A stretch of 64,000 nucleotides of DNA from Eledone cirrhosa (Eukaryota): contig OZ024742.1 in NCBI GenBank assembly GCA_964016885.1, positions 64,542,001 through 64,606,000 on the forward strand, written 5' to 3'. Positions 1-64,000 of this stretch are shown one piece after another. The translations under genes were made by a program, and so were the position numbers. Numbering within the stretch: the first letter of the stretch is position 1; every line of letters begins with the position of its first letter. Below the pieces are notes generated by a model. That model was given only the letters and a program-made list of their open reading frames with translations, was not told the DNA's origin and did no database searches.

Positions 1-121
1 GCAATGATTCATGTCTTGAAGAGAAGTCATAGTGAAAGAAATACTTGGCAGGAATAACTAGCAAAGCATATGAATCTGACTGACATAGATTCAGGAAGAA
101 ATTAGAAGACCCTTCAGCATC

Positions 122-494
122 TTAACCCTTTAGCATTTAGAATTCTCTCACCTCTACCTTTCGAATCGGCTGTAACCGGCCACTGATACTGATGTTAAGG
201 TATTGCTCTCAATATAAATAATTGTTTCTACTTTTGGCATAAGGCTAGCAATTACCCCAGTGCATTACTGGTGCTTTATTTTATCGACCCCGTAAAGATG
301 AAAGGCAAGGTTAACCTCGGTGGGATTTGAACTCAGATTGTAAAGGGCTGTAACTCTATGCGTCAAAGCATGGCGTCCGACCCTCTACCGATACTGCCAA
401 TCAAAATCTCATAGATTCGATATAATGTGAGGTAAAGCCTTTACCATGAAAATATAATAGTAAATATAGAGTAATGCAAATGCTAAAGGGTTAA
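122..494. mobile_element. piggyBac-type MITE interrupted by a SINE
   Basis: TTAA-CCCTTTAGCATTT...AAATGCTAAAGGG-TTAA termini. Uninterrupted relatives lie at 9336-9564 and 41622-41800. Confidence 0.75.
222..402 (-). mobile_element. tRNA-derived SINE (family 1)
   Basis: Has the B-box-like GAGTTCAAATCCC and the core GCCTTTCATC...GGGGTCGATAAAATAAAG shared by many copies in the window. Confidence 0.8.
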
Positions 495-871
495 ACTTTT
501 CATCTGGCTTTATAACCTGCTGTCAATAAAATTTTGATAAGTAATTTGCCAGGTCAATGTATTCAATGAAAAGCATTAATTGAGAGTAAATATATATCAT
601 TTACAGAAAGAGAGTGTTCAATGGAACAGGCAAATTCATTTCCTTAGCAAGTTTGAAGGTAGGGTGAGTCTATTAATCATATACCTCTTTGCACTATAAC
701 ACAATAGAAACTGGTGGACACTGTAGAGAACAGAATAAAAATAGATAGATACTTTATCTGGCAGGATGTACCAGACATACAAATACACATACATCCACAT
801 AGAAACACGCACACACACATAGAAACATGCACACAGCTTGAGATAATGTGACAGTCTCAATGAAAACGTAC

Positions 872-62605
<61,734 letters not shown>

Positions 62606-63702
62606 CTGAAAATAAAATATTTTAGATTAGAACATTCTAATTTATTTTGTAACATTGAGTTATATGAATTTGTAACATTTATGTTTCTTTAAAGAATACA
62701 TTTAGATTTCGGCAATCCCGGGGCACTTCAGGTTTCCTCCACCCACCTAATCTCATACACCCAAAAATTAGTATATACAGCAAACGCCAAATTTTACATA
62801 TCTAAGTCGGTTTGGCGCAAGTAATTGGAATTGAAAAGTTATACATACAGATATTAAATTCAAAATATCTAACCATCCTCATTTTACGTCCACTTTCCAC
62901 ACTAGTATGTGTTGGATGGGTTGTCACAGTCCAAGACCCAAACATATCAGAGCTACCTTATCTTGCTCATACATTAAATATTATGCATGGTTTCTATGGC
63001 TGGATGCCCTTCCTAATAAACACTTTAGAGTGTTTACTGAGTGCATTGTTTTTGCGATATCAGCAAATACTTTTTATTAGATAACACTGATGTTTCTACA
63101 GTTGAAAAAATTTGACAAAATTTTGCCTCAGTAATGACATTAAATACTTTTTACTAAAAATATAGTTCTCGCTGTCAAATGGATAAAACTAAAAAGGCCA
63201 GCAGAAGGCAAACTATATTGCTACGGACGTCGCTTTCATAATTTTGAGGTCGATAAATAAAAACTAATCCAGTAGTAGACAAGAGTCTCTTTTTCTTTCA
63301 TTCTCTCCCTTCTTTCTATTTAAACGGGGAGAGGGATGGGCTCCGCTAGGATTAAATGCTCAAAAAATGCTGTGGGTCATGATAGTACCCTTACGACTCC
63401 ATCATATGTTAAGTAACAATGAAATGGTCATCCGTCGCTTCTGACAATGAGTGTTACAGTTACCCAATGAATGGGAGAGCTTACTTGTGAAATGTGCTAG
63501 TGGATGAGCATTCCTCACACAATATATGTAGTGTATATACAATTATGTACAGTTAATTATGTACATGTAATCTTGCCTCATTCTGGAGCGCAAATTTTCC
63601 GTATGTTATATTGCCTTCATATGAGCAGTAATTACAAATCTCTCTCTCTCTCTCTCAAAAGTTATTTGTACTGCCTCTCTGTTTTTGTTCCTGTCTAAGT
63701 TT

Positions 63703-63857
<155 letters not shown>

Positions 63858-63891
63858 CGAATCATTGTAAGTTTGACACCGACACTGCAAA

Positions 63892-63937
<46 letters not shown>

Positions 63938-64000
63938 TGTAGGAAGTGAGTTTTATTGTAGTACAATAAAGCAATGCAAATATCGGATAAGAAGCACTCT

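Noticed and set aside
63485-63620. Possible signal-peptide exon ending at a gtaagc donor
   Set aside because: The hydrophobic frame has a stop immediately upstream and no ATG, and its phase does not match exon A.

Overview
AT-rich, microsatellite-laden animal DNA; the repeat repertoire suggests a coleoid cephalopod such as an octopus (inference). The window lies inside one minus-strand gene. I reconstructed 15 GT-AG exons with consistent phases (62605 down to 872, 2001 nt). They encode an astacin zinc metalloprotease (propeptide [21 protein letters not shown] Met-turn), then a Sushi/CCP domain, two complete MAM domains and the start of a third. Both gene ends appear to lie outside the window. 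The introns hold near full-length, disabled Tx1/L1-type and R4/Dong-type LINEs plus truncated copies, all in (TAA)n tracts. They also hold a Chapaev3-like DNA transposon nested in an RTE relic, DD37D mariner and CRE fragments, Helitrons, piggyBac and hAT MITEs, and many tRNA-derived SINEs. The most striking unannotated signal is a set of short non-coding elements, mostly in or beside (TA)n tracts, that carry minimal type-I hammerhead ribozyme motifs. These include a 424-bp tandem repeat with one intact hammerhead per unit (retrozyme-like), a perfect 300-bp palindrome with a U3-A8 variant hammerhead, and several foldbacks inverted at the ribozyme core. Two nested inverted LINE pairs also bracket a single 103-nt exon. 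All calls were made by eye; no database searches or folding programs were run.
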